The notes under the pieces: generated by a model | Database searches by the model: none | What the model saw: the letters and a program-made list of their open reading frames with translations, nothing else | Told to the model about the DNA's origin: nothing | Shown here: positions 1-12,505 of the stretch, in pieces | Position numbering within the stretch: the first letter of the stretch is position 1 | Layout of the letters: each line of letters opens with the position of its first letter | Translations under genes and position numbers: made by a program | From: Octopus sinensis | Lineage: Eukaryota | Direction of reading: 5' to 3' | Assembly: GCF_006345805.1 (NCBI RefSeq) | Contig: NC_042997.1 | Span: 59,644,001 to 59,708,000 of the forward strand | Length of the DNA: 64,000 nucleotides

Positions 1-483
1 TTCTGGGTTCAGTCCCACTGCATGGAATCTTGGGCAAGTGTTTCTACGATAGTCTCGGGCTGACCAAAGCCTTGTGAGTGGATTTCGTAGACAGAAACTC
101 AAAGAAGCCCATCGAGTGGCTATGTGGTAAGTAGCTTGCTAACCAACCACATGGTTCCGGGTTCAGTTCCACTGCGTGGCATCTTGGGCAAGTGTCTTCT
201 GCTATAGCCCCAGGCCGACCAATGCCTTGTGAGTGGATTTGGTAGACGGAAACTGAAAGAAGCCTGTCGTATATATGTATATATATGTATGTGTTTGTCC
301 CCCTAGCATTGCTTGACAACTGATGCTGGTGTGTTTATGTCCCCGTCACTTAGCGGTTCGGCAAAAGAGACCGATAGAATAAGTACTGGGCTTACAAAGA
401 ATAAGTCCCGGGGTCGATTTGCTCGACTAAAGGCGGTGCTCCAGCATGGCCGCAGTCAAATGACTGAAACAAGTAAAAGAGTA
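1..483 (+). mobile_element. tRNA-derived CORE-like SINE (family A): partial copy followed by a full copy in tandem
   Basis: Head gtggtaagtagcttgct...ggttcagt, CORE-like cttgggcaagtgtctt, internal (TA)n/(TG)n, tail gaaacaagtaaaagag. Many other copies in the window. Confidence 0.75.
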
Positions 484-555
484 TATATATATATATATAT
501 GTGTGTGTGTATATATATATATACTTTATCATTATTAAAGGTGCAAGAATATCAC

Positions 556-665
556 CAAAAACTGCTATTCAGAGTTTCATGTTTCCTGTTTGTCTGTCTG
601 ATGAATGGGAACGTGAAATAGTATTTGAGTACTATTTTTTCCCCACCTTGTTTCACATTTATGTG
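556..665. mobile_element. Penelope-like terminal-repeat fragment with inverted junction and a hammerhead 5' half
   Basis: + strand ctgtCTGATGAatgGGAAcgtGAAA at 594-618, abutting a - strand copy of the 3' half (catgaaactctgaatagcagttttt). The downstream gtatttgagtact...ccaccttgtttcacatttat is shared with 51117-51155. Confidence 0.5.
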
Positions 666-704
666 CTTACTTTGGTGTATATATATATAAATATATATAT
701 ATAT

Positions 705-808
705 ATTGAAGTGTACAGTATTATATATCCGTTACAACCGATCTTACCAATCGGTTTCCTACAAGGGGTGATCAGCCTTAATGGATATATAATACTGTAT
801 ACTTCAAT
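705..808. repeat. 104-bp hairpin element (30-bp arms) with an inner 7-bp stem
   Basis: attgaagtgtacagtattatatatccgtta / taatggatatataatactgtatacttcaat (2 mismatches); inner aaccgat/atcggtt. Confidence 0.75.
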
Positions 809-890
809 TAATGTACCTACTCTACTGACAGATATATGAGTGCATTTTTTTCCTGATTTATGGACTCCTAGGCAGCCGTGTGTGTGTGTA

Positions 891-1236
<346 letters not shown>

Positions 1237-1857
1237 CTTTGTGTCTGTCACCACCACTTGGCAACTGGTATTGATGTGTTTGTTCCTGTTACTTAGCAGT
1301 CCGGCAAAAGAGATTAATAGAATAAGTACCAGACTTTACACAAAAATAATTACTGGGGTCGATTTATTCAACTAAAATTCTTCAAGGCAGTGCCCCAGCA
1401 TGGCCACAGTCTAATAACTGTAAAAATAAAAGTTAAGTATCATAAAATCTGCTTTTTACTCAGATGAGATTCCTTTTGTTGCCAGCATAAATAATAGGTT
1501 CTTGAACTTTTTCTGCTCTGTTCTTATTTTCGTTATTTTGCTTTCAGAACATCCACTGATGCTATTAATTTCTGTTTTAAGGATCTTTCCATACATTTAA
1601 AAGAATTCATTTCAAGGACACTGTTACTGCTTATCACTACATCTACTACAAAGACCTACTGGTGCTCCCATAGTATCTCTTGCATATCCAAAGTATTGAC
1701 AGTAGTTAATTAACAACCTTTCTTTTCCTGATTGTCTTTTGTCTCAGAATTCATGAATTCATTAATCTAACTCTATGTCACTATTCATAATAAGTTTATG
1801 TTAAGTGATACATTTTTCATACATATGTGTGCATATATTATTGATAATAATAATAAT

Positions 1858-2095
1858 GGTTTCAAATTTTGGCACAAGGCCAGCAATTTCGGGGATGGGT
1901 AAGTCGATTACATTGACCTCAGTGCTCAGTGACTTCAGTATGTAACTGAGGTCACTCAGTACAGTGACTTATTTTATCAACCCCAAAAGGCAAAGTTAAC
2001 CTCAGTGGAATTTGAACTCAGAATGAATGTAAAGACAAATTAAATGCTGCTAAGCATTTTGCCTGGCATGCTAACGATTCTGCCAGCTCACCCAT
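1858..2095 (-). mobile_element. SINE family C
   Basis: Shared aaaggcaaagt...gaatttgaactcagaa core and gagctggcagaatcgttagc head. Other copies at ~38290-38500 (+), 38655-38820 (+), 41935-42100, 45126-45335, 53435-53640 and 53990-54350. Confidence 0.75.
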
Positions 2096-2329
2096 ATGAT
2101 GATAATAATAATAATATAATAATGTTTGTTTGTCATTGATGACCAAGGACATCATATGGGAGATACTTTTATTGTTTTACTAGTTCTACTAGTTTCAGCT
2201 CAAGGGTTGTGGCCTAGCAATAAGAAGAGAATTTGGCCATAGTCCTATGCCCAAATAATTCTGTTCAAACCTGTGCTAGTGTGGAAAAGAACCCCAGATA
2301 TTTGATGACGTGTGTGTGTGTATATATAT

Positions 2330-2480
2330 ATCATCATCATCATCATTTAACGTCCGCTTTCCATGCTAGCATGGGTTGGACGGTTCAACTGGGGTCTGGC
2401 GAGCCCGAAGGCTGCACCAGGCCAGTCAGATCTGGCAGTGTTTCTACAGCTGGATGCCCTTCCTAACGCCAACCACTTTT
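2330..2480 (-). mobile_element. RTE-type 3' tail / SINE family F
   Basis: (CAT)n-ttaacgtccgctttccatgctagcatggg...gcccttcctaacgccaaccact. Other copies at ~3460, 8290-8570, 39925, 45830, 47575, 48605, 52060, 55800, 56545 and 59630. Confidence 0.75.
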
Positions 2481-2639
2481 CTAAATATATATATATGTAT
2501 AGAGAGAGAGCATAGTAGCCAGAGTAATAATGAAATATAAAAAAGTGAAGGGCAGATTATATGTTACTTGTGTACAAAATGTGATTTTGTATAATAGTGG
2601 ATAATGGGCACTGAATGTAAAAGATGTGAATATCAATAG

Positions 2640-2880
2640 AGCAAGTATTCTCTGCTGGATATGTTAATCTGCATGTATGAATGAGCACAAATGAACTAAA
2701 AGAGAAGTTTGCAATGAGCAGAATCAGTTGTTGCATGCTAGAGAGATGACTGCACTGGTGTGAACATGTGATACATATGGAGGGTGAATGTTAGGTAAAG
2801 AATTACTAAGTTGAAGAAACCTGTAAGGTGTAAAGAATTCTTAGGGATGCTAAATCTGAAGATGACAAAGCTACAACAAA
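2640..2880 (+). mobile_element. Highly decayed RTE RT C-terminal fragment
   Basis: Reads LKEKFAMSRISCCMLER*LHWCEHVIHM, similar to the intact 13580-13996 ORF (LREKLNLRSVSCGVQERRLCWYGHV). Confidence 0.45.
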
Positions 2881-4287
2881 GGAAAAAACACTTGATAAGA
2901 TCTGTGCAAGCATAGAAAAACAGATGCTAAATGATGATAAATTAAGTACACTGGTTCAGTAATTATTGTTTGTAGTGCCTCAATCATATAGCATCTTATC
3001 TCTGATTTGGCATTTGCATAAACTACCACTTTGGTTTTCCTCAACCTTTATCAGCAATATGCATACTTGTGAAGAGTAGTTTCTTTCTAGATCCCTTTAA
3101 GTTGGAAGATCCCTTTGTATCTAATATAAGGTTTACAAGGGGAAAATAAGATTTAAATTTATGAACCTAAAATTAAACGAAAGATTAGGTTGTATCTATT
3201 GTGGTCACCACTACTAAAAAATTCTTTCTGGACACAATATAGGGGATTTTAAGCGAGTCTATATTCTTTGAGACTTCAGTTGCTATCACTATAAGTGAAA
3301 AAGTCTTTGTCTTTTCTGTAGCTACATTTCACAAAGGTCTTGTACATTTAATAATAAAAGAAAAAAGGTATTCTTGAAGATATCGTTTACAAGTGTTTTC
3401 ATAAATCTTTTTTTTTTTTCTTAAATTGATAATTCAGCTCAACCCACTTCTAGATATATCATCATCATCATTTAATATCTGCTTTCCATGCTGGCACAGT
3501 TTCTACAGTTTGACTGAAAACTGGTAAGCCAAGGAGCTCCACCAGGTTCCAATCTGAATTGGCTATGTTTCTACGGCCAGATTCCTTTCCTAACGCCAAC
3601 CACTCCAAGAGTGTTGTAGGTGCTTTTTACATGCCACTGGCATGACACCAGCATCGACCATGACTACGATCTCACTTGGCTTGACAGATCTACACAAGCT
3701 TGGTATATATCTAAAGGTCTTAATCACCTGTCACTGCCTCCATGAGGTCCAATGCTCGAATGGTCCTTTTAAAACCTAATGATTACTGCTAATCCTTCTG
3801 GTCAAAACCTGATCAAGCAGACTCATGTTGAAAAGCATTTCTTCCATATATCATGGCAACTTTTTGTAGATCTGGGATTACATTGTCTAATCTGTTCTTC
3901 CTTTTGTAAGTTGGTATGTTGTGATTTGAAGGTAGTTTGGCTGTTACCTCTAGCAGATTGAACAATTGTATGGATGTACCCTTGTGTGTCTTCACCTTAT
4001 AAATTTTATTGGTTGTACTGAATGGTATGCAGTAACCTTTCTCAAACAAACATGTTTAAACTCAAATCTTAGCTCTCACATTCATGTTCAAGCAGATTGT
4101 AAATTCTGTTCCTTTTTTAACTACGATAAAAACTCATGTAATTTATGCACTTTTTTTCACAAACAATAAAAATAAACTTTAGGGTGTGTAAATTACATGA
4201 ATAGATCATTTACAGAATGTTTTTAGAAATTTTTTTTGTTGAGAAAAGACATACATAAACATTCATACTAGAAGTTGACTCATTTAA

Positions 4288-4509
4288 CCCTTTTGATACC
4301 AACCCGGCTGAAACTGCCTCTGGCTCTGTGGTACAAATGTCTTGTTTTCATTAGTTTTGAATTAAAATCTTCTGCCAAACCTTAGTCACAATTTATGTTC
4401 TTAACACTAGCTTGATAATAACTAAGTTATTTTACTAAATTCTTTGTTATATTTAAAATTAATTGAAAGAAGCACAGAGCATCTCAACAGAAATACGGTA
4501 ACAAAAGGG
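4288..4509. mobile_element. piggyBac-like MITE (family E)
   Basis: TTAA|CCCTTTTG...CAAAAGGG|TTAA; internal sequence shared with 7384-7598. Confidence 0.8.
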
Positions 4510-5171
4510 TTAATCTCAGAATAGGTTTTCACAGAGAAAAATAAGGGCTTAAATATAATGAAGTTGATTTTTATTTATGCTGGACGGTATAATGCTTACT
4601 TTTTCTGTATAAATTTACTAAAACCATTAAATGGTTAACTACTTTTCTATATTTTGGAGTTTGATGTATCAAAGGTTCTGACAAGAATAGGCAGAAAATT
4701 GGAGCTTGAAACAAGAAGATGCTTTTGACTGATCATAATTCTGTTTAAACAATCAGTTTGATTATCAGCTTTGTTTTTGTTGATAATTCTTATCAACAAC
4801 TTTTCCTGTGATTGTGATTTGAGAAGATATACAGCAGTATGCTAAAGATTGGACATAATTTCTTGTGGGCAAGAAATGTAAAATAAAGTTTATTATAAAC
4901 AACATAAACACTTTGTAATTTAATAGCTTTTAATGTGATACCTGTTAAACAGAAATTGTTTTTATTTAAAGAAAATTTAATAAAATCTAATCATAAATAA
5001 GTGAAATTATGTTAAATACAACTAAATTGAAAACCTTTTTGCCCTGGCTATATTGACAATTCTGAAAACTTTTGGGTGCAAATTTTACATAAATCACCTG
5101 TGTATATTACACAGGTGCACAAATTACGTGGGTTTTTATGGTACTTTTCAATATGAAAAAAATCTGTTTAA

Positions 5172-5373
5172 CCCTTTAGTATTTAAACTGGCCATATCTG
5201 GCCTGTTTTGTGTTCAAATTGACCAGATCTGACCTCTCACACTTCTCTTACAATGTCTTCTAAAAATAAACTGTCACATCGTTTAAATCTCAAAGCTATA
5301 AGATAATGTAGGATTAATTCAGAGCAGTGTGAAATAGCATTGCATTTGATAGAATAATCTGATTGCTTAAGGG
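5172..5373. mobile_element. piggyBac-like MITE (family D)
   Basis: TTAA|CCCTT...AAGGG|TTAA; internal sequence shared with 7692-7914 and ~63226-63428. Confidence 0.75.
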
Positions 5374-5399
5374 TTAATGCATTCTTTGGATCATCTATA

Positions 5400-6720
5400 T
5401 GAAATATTAATGTTAGGAAACTCAAGGTTAGTTTTAAACAGATCTAAAATGGGCAAGTTAGTCAGACAACTAGATGCAATTCACAGAACTGTAATTTCAC
5501 ATATATTACACTTCTGCTACCTGACTGAAGATCACATTGACATGTTATGTGCTTCCTTTTGTCTACTTCTGTCTGATGTCAATTCTGGTGGTGTCCTCAA
5601 CAGAAGCAAGCTAATCAAGGCTTTGTCAGACTGTGACAGTTTCAGTCTCTTTATCCTCATCATTCATAAAGTACATCTCAGCCTAGTATAGATAAGATGT
5701 TAGCCTACCTGTTGAAGATTTGCTGGTTATTCCACTGTCGGTGCCATATTATAACTCTGACAAAAAGATTTCTCTTTTGTTAGGCTAATCTAATTGTAAA
5801 TAACATTCTTGGTACCTAATGATATTAGCTTTTTTCCTAATTCACAGTGATTTCATTACACACTATTAGTTTTTTAATTCTGTACTCAAATTCTCTGATG
5901 AGTGGAGCTTGATTGACTGCAAAACTGGCCTTGGATACAATGCTGACTACAAGGTCAACAAGTGAGTTCAAATGATCTGATGGGTTATGTGACATTATTC
6001 TCTAGTGTTGCATTTTTTCCCCTTGAACATGATTAGATTTATCCGACAACTGCAACCATTGTGCAGAATCCATTGTTGACTCCTTATTTTATACATAGTG
6101 GATCAACATGCCTTCTATAGGTTGCTATTGAATACTCAAGTCACTTTTGACTGGAAGGAATTTTAGCACAAAACATGCTGAGTGATTGCATACACTTGTG
6201 TGCACATGCATGCACGTGCGCACACACACATACACACAAACCCTAGATATGCTTCATCTCTTTACCATGTCTTCCAGTTTGTTTATTAATTCAGATTTAT
6301 AAGGAATGGAAAATGGGAATTAACATTCATGTCTTATCTGAGGAGGCTTTAGTACTGTGAGTGACATTAATGATCATAGTCAAGTTTTGAAACTTAATCA
6401 TCCCTCCTGTAGTGTTCGGTTTTTAGTCACTTTCCTACTTATGCATGTGATGACTAGATCTAGCAGACTGTGGAAGAAACCTTCATGGTTCAACAGAGGG
6501 GAAGGTTGCTGCAGTAGAGAGCAAGATGGGGCAAATAAAACATTGTGGTCATCTACTGCTCCTATCTCCATCCTCTGCCATCTTGACCTGGTGTTGCCAC
6601 TTGATTGAAGATGGTCATGGATGAGAGAGAGTGAGGTTGATGATGTGCAACACTTTTCCACTTTGAGCAAGTCACTGCACAAGTCATCATTAAAGATGAC
6701 TAGATGTTCCAATGTGGGAA
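5400..6720 (-). mobile_element. Possible decayed CR1/L2-like LINE (endonuclease region)
   Basis: Minus ORF 6398-6712 contains LVIFNDD and LLQQ...HSLLDLVIT, reminiscent of APE GDFN and LDLxxT motifs. Weak. Confidence 0.3.
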
Positions 6721-7383
6721 ACAGTGCTTAGTTAAAATTTCAGTATAAAATGTTTGTGATAAAAATTAAATCACCAAGATTCATAGCTTTGAATACAGCT
6801 ATTGTATTAACTTTTTTTTTTTTCTTTTTTTAACAGTAACCATCCTGTTTTTTTCTGTAATGCATTTTGAGTTAAATATCAAGACTACAAAAATAGTGCA
6901 TGATCTTAGCAATTATTTTCCAAAAGATAAAGATTTCTGCAACATTTAAAAAGATTTCAGAATTGTGTACAGAATCTTGACGGGAAGTAGACAGGGCATG
7001 TCATTCAGGAGGTTGTGAATGGTGACAAATGGACTTTGGCTAACACAGCTTGCTTGATTGATTAATCAAATAATTTATCAAACAATCAATTAGTTTATTA
7101 GTTAACTAGCTAATCAATTGACAAATAATAAAGAAGTGAAATTGAACCAGTGTCTTCCAAGATACAACAAAATGTATATAAATTAAATGATGACCTTCAA
7201 TCTTGGTGCCAACCCTAGTAATTAAAAATAATTAATCAAAAGTTTTAGACAGGATACCTAAAATATGTCTTAGCTCATTAGCAAATAGAGTTAGGAGTTT
7301 AAAAGATGTGATTCTCACATTGAAGATAGTGGCATTAAGCTTTAATTATGTGACTTTACTTTAAGCAATAGTTTAGCTTTTAA

Positions 7384-7598
7384 CCCTTTCGTTACCAACC
7401 CGCCTGAAACTGGCTCTGGCTACAAATTGTCTTGTTTTCACAAGTTTTGAATTAAAATTTTCCACCAAACCTTAGTTACAATTTATGTTCCTAACACTAG
7501 CTTAATGATAACTAATTTATTTTACTAAATTCTTTGTTATATTTAAAGTAATTGAAACAAACACAGAGTATCTCAAAATAAATTCAGTAACGAAAGGG
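7384..7598. mobile_element. piggyBac-like MITE (family E)
   Basis: Perfect 12-bp TIR CCCTTTCGTTAC/GTAACGAAAGGG with TTAA on both sides. Confidence 0.85.
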
Positions 7599-7691
7599 TT
7601 AAACAGTTCATCTTGAGATTTAAAGATAGCCGACAATATTTGAAAGAAAATTTGGTTGGTATGTTTGTTGGTCATTATTATCATTGTTTAA

Positions 7692-8109
7692 CCCTTTTGC
7701 ATTTAAACTGGCCATATCCAGCCAAAATATTCTACCTGTTTTATGTTCAAACTGGCCAGGTTCAGCCTCTCACACCTACACTATAATGTCAGTCTAAAAA
7801 AATAAATAATCACATCATGAAATCTCAAGGCTACAAGATAATGCAGGGTAAATTCAAAACAGTGTGAATAGATAAGCATTACATTTGACAGAAATCTAAA
7901 GGCTAAAAAGTTAATACTTCTACATTCATATTATTCTATCAAATATAATTCTTATTTAATCATGTATTATTTTATAGTTTCAAGATTTTGATGATGTGAT
8001 TACATTTTTTAGAATGACATTTTAGGTAAGAGTGAGATACAGATCAGGAAAGTTTGAACACAGAACCAGATTATTTGGGCCAGATATGGCTGGTTAAAAT
8101 GCTAAAGGG
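7692..8109. mobile_element. Two family-D MITEs in inverted orientation
   Basis: TTAA|CCCTTTTGCATTT at 7692 and AATGCTAAAGGG|TTAA at 8109. 7692-7914 is a + copy and ~7935-8109 a - copy. Confidence 0.65.
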
Positions 8110-10066
8110 TTAAATCATCATTTTTATGTTATGGCATGGATCTACAGTATAGTATTTCCGAGTCATCTTATTAGTAGCTCCCAACCTTGGGTTTATTGCT
8201 ATGTAGCAGTTGACCTAGAACACTCAGGTAGTTTGAAAGTTTACATGCCAAACTTTGTTTAAAGATTTGCTAATGACAACTTTATTTTTACTTGCCAGTG
8301 CCACTGGACTGGCTCCTGTGCAGATGGCATGTAAAAACCACCATTTGAGCGTGGCTGTTGCCAGTACCGCCTGACTGGCCCTCGTGCTGGTGGCACGTAA
8401 AAGCACCCACTACATTCTCAGAGTGGTTGGCGTTAGGAAGGGCATCCAACTGTAGAAACTCTGCCAAATCAAGATTGGAGCCTGGTGCAGCCATCTGGTT
8501 CACCAGTCCTCAGTCAAATCGTCCAACCCATGCTAGCATGGAAAGCGGACGTTAAATGATCATGATGATGTTGTAGTAACCAACAAGGGAGCCTTTATGC
8601 AGGCACTTGATTTGGTAGAATTAGCAGTCAATTCTCTCCTCATATCTCCATACATTTAAGTATTGAATGATACATTCAACTGTGTAATCCCTGACACAAA
8701 AAATTTGATGGTCTCAACTGGGACATATGTTTGTAGCTAATCACCATAAAGAACCTTATTTTCACTATGACTTTCTAGCACTTTGGCCTATTTCTATATC
8801 ATAGATTAGAAATTAGATTTCCAGTAGGTCTTTGTAAATGATTTTGAAAGTTCATTCTAAAGCAAAATTGAAAAGCTTGATGAGAACAATATGATTGTGA
8901 AATGATATGTCTTATTCACGCAGCCATACCTGCTGTAGTAATTGACTTTTCTGTTAGCTATCAAGTTTTGGTTTTAGTACTATATTCTCTAGCTACTGAA
9001 CAGGTTTTCTTCTGGGTGTAAATTTTGGAAAACATGGAATAACTTTGAATTTACTTTGAACTAATTTCTATACAAATGTCCCTTCTCAAGAAAGAGGTGG
9101 CTTGGATCAAGGCAGTATTAGGCATGGTTAAAATATCTCACAAGCAGAAACTGTCTTGTACATTTTTCTTTTTTTTTTATTTATATTTATTTATAATCTA
9201 GCTGCCATTATCAATCCTATATCCAAGCTATAAATAATATCCAAACAACTAAACAAATGTTTGAATTTATAGAATTTTTCAACGTACATAGGTTCAGTGC
9301 AAGTTTTTTCTTCTGTAGCTCCTAGCCAACCAAGGTCTTGCATATGGATTTGCTAGATGGAATCTGAAAAAGCCTGTCATATGATATATATATATATATG
9401 TATGCATGAGTACATATCTGTGAGTATGTAGGTACATACTTATGTATGTCTGTTCCCCAACTGATTGGTAAAAGGTGTTGGTTTGTTTATGTCCCCATAA
9501 TTTACCAGTTTCACAAAAGAGACTGATTAAATAAGTTCTGGGATTGTTTGTTTGACTAAAAATTGCCTTGAAAGGTGGTGTCCTTGTATGGCTGCAGTCC
9601 AATAACTGAAACAAATAAAAGATAGATGATAAAAAAGATTTAATATTTAAAAAACTTTTTGCACTGAATTTTACCTTTGTTTTTCTATACTAAAGTGGGA
9701 ATGGGATATTTGATTCTTATTTGAATATTATTTGTATATCATTGATGCAATTATTTTTGTAGTGGATATCTTTTTCATTTGCTAACTTATTGTCAGTGAA
9801 TTAAGAGTAACAAATTGAGGCAAGCTGAGTTACATGCTTTGCCTTAAGGCAGATCACAATGCTCTGTGAAGAATGTGAATAGTATTCCAACATTCTTAAC
9901 CTTAAAACTAATTTGTTAAATGTAAAAAGAAACAAAACGAATGTTTTAAATACACAGAAATTTCCTCTTAGAATTTTACTATTTATTTTCTTTGTTGGTG
10001 GTAAATATATAAGTTGAAATTTTCTTCTTTTTATTCTTTTTAGCTAATTCCCCCAAATCTTCCCAG

Positions 10067-10356
10067 ATGGTGAGGAAAATGAGTTCTCGTGTAGAGGACG
10101 AAGAAGACATTATTGATGTTGATGTGAGCGATGATGAGAAATACAATGCAAATAATGTCTTCCAGGGCCTCTGGATCCCTTATCCGGATCAAGTTGCTGA
10201 AATGTTTGAGAAACTGGACAATGGTGGCTTACCAGTTCTTAAATGGAAATGTCCTGGTCGCAGGCCACCTGAGGTGGAGAAAGAGGATGAAGATATGGAC
10301 ATAGAACAGAAGTTAGTTGTGGAACAGAAAATAGAAGAACTCAAAGAGGAAAAAAA
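10067..10356 (+). CDS. PAGR1: PAXIP1-associated glutamate-rich protein 1 homolog, first visible coding exon (290 nt, ends phase 2)
   Basis: ORF MVRKMSSRVEDEEDII...LWIPYPDQVAEMFEKL...PGRRPPE...EEKK resembles the PAGR1 core as I recall it (human PWMPPPSEIQRLYELL...RRPP plus acidic stretch). Donor GTAAGC at 10357. Polypyrimidine acceptor ttttag at 10041-10043 implies an upstream exon. Confidence 0.85.
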
Positions 10357-11886
10357 GTAAGCAAAATAGTTTTACTGCATGAATGTATATGTGTGTGTTT
10401 GTAGGATCAGGTAAGTAGTTGTTGTTGAGCTCCAGGTCAGGCCTGATTATGTAGACTTATGAGCAAAGGTTTTCCAACTGTGACCATCCTCTCCATTTCT
10501 TTTCCTCTCTTTAAGATGGGCATGTAACTTGAAGTAGATTTCCTAGTGCCAATGCTATGTAAAAAGCATTGATACACTCTATGAAGTGGTTGGCATTAGG
10601 AAATGTTCCAGCTGTTGAAACCATGCCAAAGCAGACATTGGAGCTTGGCACGATCCTCTGTCTTACCATCTCTTGCTAAATCATACAACCATGCCAGTAT
10701 GGAAAACATGTTTAGTGGTGATGATAAGGATTTCTTATTTCTAAAAGCTTCTGTGATTGTGTAAAGGTTCCTTCACTGGCTGGCATAGAGACTTCCTCAT
10801 TGACTCTTTCTCAGATTAAGGTGAAGTAAATTCCAGAATGGTCTCATCTGGGAATTTATTCCTTACAACAATTGAAATTATCAAACTCTTCCAAGAACTC
10901 TCCTGCAGACTAATTGTCGTCAACACAGACAATCACTAGTTTCCTTGAATTTCAAACTTTTGCTATTCAGTTGGTTGGTAGTGGACTTATGCCATGTCTT
11001 TTAAAATTTTATTTCACTTTATTTTTATTGTAAAATTAAATAGCATAGTGAGTTGGTAGAAGTGGTAAAACATTATAGTAAATGATTTTACAGTATTTAT
11101 AAGGCAGTCACAGTTATGGTTGTGGTTAAGTTTGCTTCATGCGACTTGATTTCACATGTGATCCCAAATGCAGATGGCAGAACATCTTGTTGCTAAAGCC
11201 GACTGGTGAAAGTAACAGACATGTTTCACTGGTATTAGATCTCCTCAGCAAAGCATCTTCAACTCTCTTTACAAAACTTTTGAGGAGATCAATATCTGTC
11301 TGTCTATCTGTGTATGTATGTGCGTGTGTGGAACAAAGGGAATGTGGTATATAGTTTTGTTTATCTTCATTTTAGCTCCAAATCCTATGGAATTCTACTT
11401 CTGTCTCTGTGATCAAAGAAATTCATCCATTTTCTTTATCACTATTCCTGGGAAGGATTATGGTGGGTAGAGTCCTCTGGCACATCCTCCTTAGGGTCCT
11501 GTCAGAAGCAACCATCATTGCACTTTCCATTAAATAAGTGCCAATTGCATCAAATAAGTACCAGTAGTTAATATACTAGAGATTGACTTGATCAATTATA
11601 TATCTTCTTTGAAAATATTGGTTTTGTACATGACTGAAAGAACTCATGGGTTTGAACAACAGGTATTATGAGCAGATTTAGTCAGTAGACAACTGGGAAA
11701 ATTTATTGATAAAAAAATCAGCTTAGGAAAAGGCATTGGTTTTCTGTGTTTTAAAACAACATACATGAAAAACTAACTTGTGTGAGGGTAATCAACCAAG
11801 TGCATTTATCAAATATAAAATGAAGATAATAAATATAAATGTTGGTTTCAAATTTAGGTACAAGGCCACAATTTCAGTGGGTGCTG

Positions 11887-12505
11887 TACAGGGTAGTATC
11901 AAAAAGTTCCTGGACTAATTATGTTTAACAAAAAATAATTTATTTACCTAAGTTTTTGCATCATCTCCTTCGAAATAGTCACCTTGCACAGCAATACACT
12001 GGTCCCAGCTTTTCTGCCACTTTTGGAATCCAGCCTGGAAGCCATTTTCTGTAAGCGAATCAAAGACCTTCTGCAATTTGCTCTAGATCTTGACAGTGGA
12101 GTTAAAACAGCGACCTTTGAGCTTCATTTTCATCTTGGGGAAGAGATGGAAGTCCACAGGTGCTAAATCTGGGGAATAGGGTGGGTGGAGAAGCAATACC
12201 ATGTTTTTGTGAGAAAAACTCACAAGTGAGGAGAACTCGATGACAGGGTGTGTTGTTGTCATGAAGAATCCAATTTTTTGTGCTCCACAGATTCAGTTGC
12301 TTTCACTGAATGTCCTCAAACACTTCACAATGTTGTAGTAGAACTCTCAATTGAGGGTCTGGTCCTGGGGTGCGAATTCATGATGCACAATACCATGGAT
12401 ATCGAAAAAATGGTGAGCATGCTCTTGATTGAGCTGCAGCTCTATTATCCCTTCATTTATGGAGATGAAGGTCTCTTCCATTGTAACAACTGCTGCTTCA
12501 TCTAA
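11887..12505 (-). mobile_element. Mariner transposon 3' relic
   Basis: TA|CAGGGTAGTATCAAAAAGTTCC TIR-like end. Minus translation FFDIHGIVHHEFAPQDQT...YSPDLAPVDFHLFP...QKWQKSWDQCIAVQGDYFEGD, with stops and frameshifts. Confidence 0.8.

Noticed and set aside
5095-5117. 10-bp perfect hairpin cacctgtgta-tat-tacacaggtg
   Set aside because: Too short to interpret; likely abutting ends of decayed TA-targeting elements.
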